A stretch of DNA of 63,129 bases, counting the filler, from Octopus bimaculoides (taxonomy: Eukaryota): NCBI RefSeq assembly GCF_001194135.2. It is 4 parts of 4 records of this genome, joined end to end, with 100 filler letters (N's around TTAATTAATTAA, not from the genome) between each part and the next. Parts side by side here need not be neighbours in the genome. Positions count along the whole stretch, not along the records: positions 59,471 to 63,129 come from NW_026436015.1; 3 more parts are not named here. One strand, 5' to 3'. Shown piece after piece: positions 61,780 through 63,129 of this stretch; the first letter of the stretch is position 1; each line of letters begins with the position of its first letter. The notes under the pieces are model-generated. The model was not told where the DNA came from and ran no database searches. It saw only the letters and a list, made by a program, of their open reading frames with translations. A program made the translations under genes and the position numbers.

Positions 61780-62550
61780 ATGGACACCGCATGCCTTTTC
61801 ATTGCAAAAAGAAAAATAAAGGAAAAGAAAACAGCGAAAACTGGAGAAAGATGTCTTGAGTACGCAGAAGATACTCTTAGAGAACGTATGTGCCACAAGT
61901 GGTTTTCGAGATTTTGCTAGCGAAATTATTCGATTCAAGGTTTACCTTGCACTGTTCGTTAAACTGAGCTTAACAGCAACAATCGATTGAATGAGGCAAA
62001 CCTCGACCAGCGGATTCCCATCTGCAATAAGTTACAAGAAACGTGAAGGAATCGATCCCACGTTTGTTGAGAATGATGACAGGGGATGGAAAATGGATAG
62101 TCTATAACAATTTGAAGTGCAAGCTATCATGGGGAAGCGAGGCGAACACCACAGATAATCTCCAAAGTATGTTATGTCTTCAATTTGGGGAGATTGGATG
62201 GGGTATAGTCTTTTACCAGTTTCTCACCACAAACAAGACCTCAATTCAGATGTGGATTGTTACTAATTGGACAAATTAAACGCAGCGATCTACTTGAAGC
62301 GTCCAGGACTTGCTAACAGTAAAGGAGTTGTCTTTCATTACGACAACGCCAGATCGCAGATTACTTCGGCTTGGCTGGTAAGGTTTGCTGTACATTCCCT
62401 ATTCGTCCGACCTTGCGCCTTCAGGTTTCCATCTGCTTCGATCCATTCGAGACTAATTGAGCAGACAAACTTTCAATTCTAAAGCCGATATAAAAATTCA
62501 CCTGGGAGAATTTTTTGCCCGTAAAGACAGGAAATACTTTGAGTAGGAAA
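61780..62550 (+). pseudogene. mariner-family transposase pseudogene
   Basis: ERMCHKWFSRF...MTGDGKWIVYNN...GIVFY..L..N...DKLNAAI..KRPGL.NSKGVVFHYDNAR...(YS.DLAPS.FHL-like), heavily frameshifted. Confidence 0.87.
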
Positions 62551-62552
62551 TA

Positions 62553-63129
62553 CAGTCATACCTCACCCTACGTCGTTAATTGGTTCCAGGAGGCACGACG
62601 TAAGTCAAATAAACTTGTCTCTGGGCTACGCTCGGCCGAATTTACTGGTCCCTAGGCTAAACCGATAATAACCATTCCCAGTTGTGTGCTTTATTTATGA
62701 ATGCATTTTTAATAATACATGGTTAATAAAATTTTATTTTAGGCTTACAAACAAATAATTTAATATTTGTGTACAATGCAGTAAGAAAAAAGTCATCTAA
62801 ATTCACGAATATAATTTAGCACTGTTTACCGAACATCACGGCGGCTTTATTTATGAATGCGGTTTGCAATAAGATATGGTAAAATAAATGCTTTTTTTAA
62901 GATTAAAAAACAAATTCAGTAATTATTATTATCTTGCAATAGTATAAAAACCAAAATATTTTGAATTTACCAATACGTACATACAAGTTGGTGATCTCAA
63001 TCGCGGATGTAGATAGCTGTGGATCGTCAACATCAACAGCTGACTCTGGCTGTTCTTGTTATTCGATGCGCATAAAAAACCGGTTGAGAGGTCCTTGAAT
63101 TGCATTCTTCTTCTTTTCCTCAAGGATTA
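62553..63129 (-). mobile_element. Tigger-like element, right end (continues beyond the window)
   Basis: TA|CAGTCATACCTC...CTACG terminus at 62551-62570. The minus strand reads KKKNAIQGPLNRFF...DVDDPQLSTS, typical of Tigger transposase C-termini. Confidence 0.65.

Overview
AT-rich, microsatellite-saturated, gap-riddled eukaryotic DNA. The SINE and LINE repertoire resembles octopus/cephalopod genomes (inference from family resemblance, not a database match). No intact, recognisable protein-coding gene is present, and almost all long ORFs in the supplied track are microsatellite or N-gap artefacts. The window is a graveyard of decayed mobile elements: RTE-type and CR1/L2-group LINEs, several restriction-like-endonuclease (R4/NeSL-type) LINE pieces, three Penelope-like (RT/GIY-YIG) remnants, Merlin, Tc1 (DD34E), mariner, pogo and Tigger DNA transposons, and at least three SINE types. 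The most notable unexplained structures are: a Penelope-like element at 38.1-40.2 kb whose 5' RT half is inverted with a 45-bp duplicated junction (twin-priming geometry) and whose 3' end holds a core-intact minimal hammerhead-like motif; a second inverted duplication in an RTE LINE; a perfect 35-bp-arm hairpin with TTAA-GGG...CCC-TTAA ends; a degenerate 19-bp array; a 3x102-bp repeat element; and a few possible plus-strand host exons, including a mucin-like one. Nothing here can be proven to be a new biological system from sequence alone.
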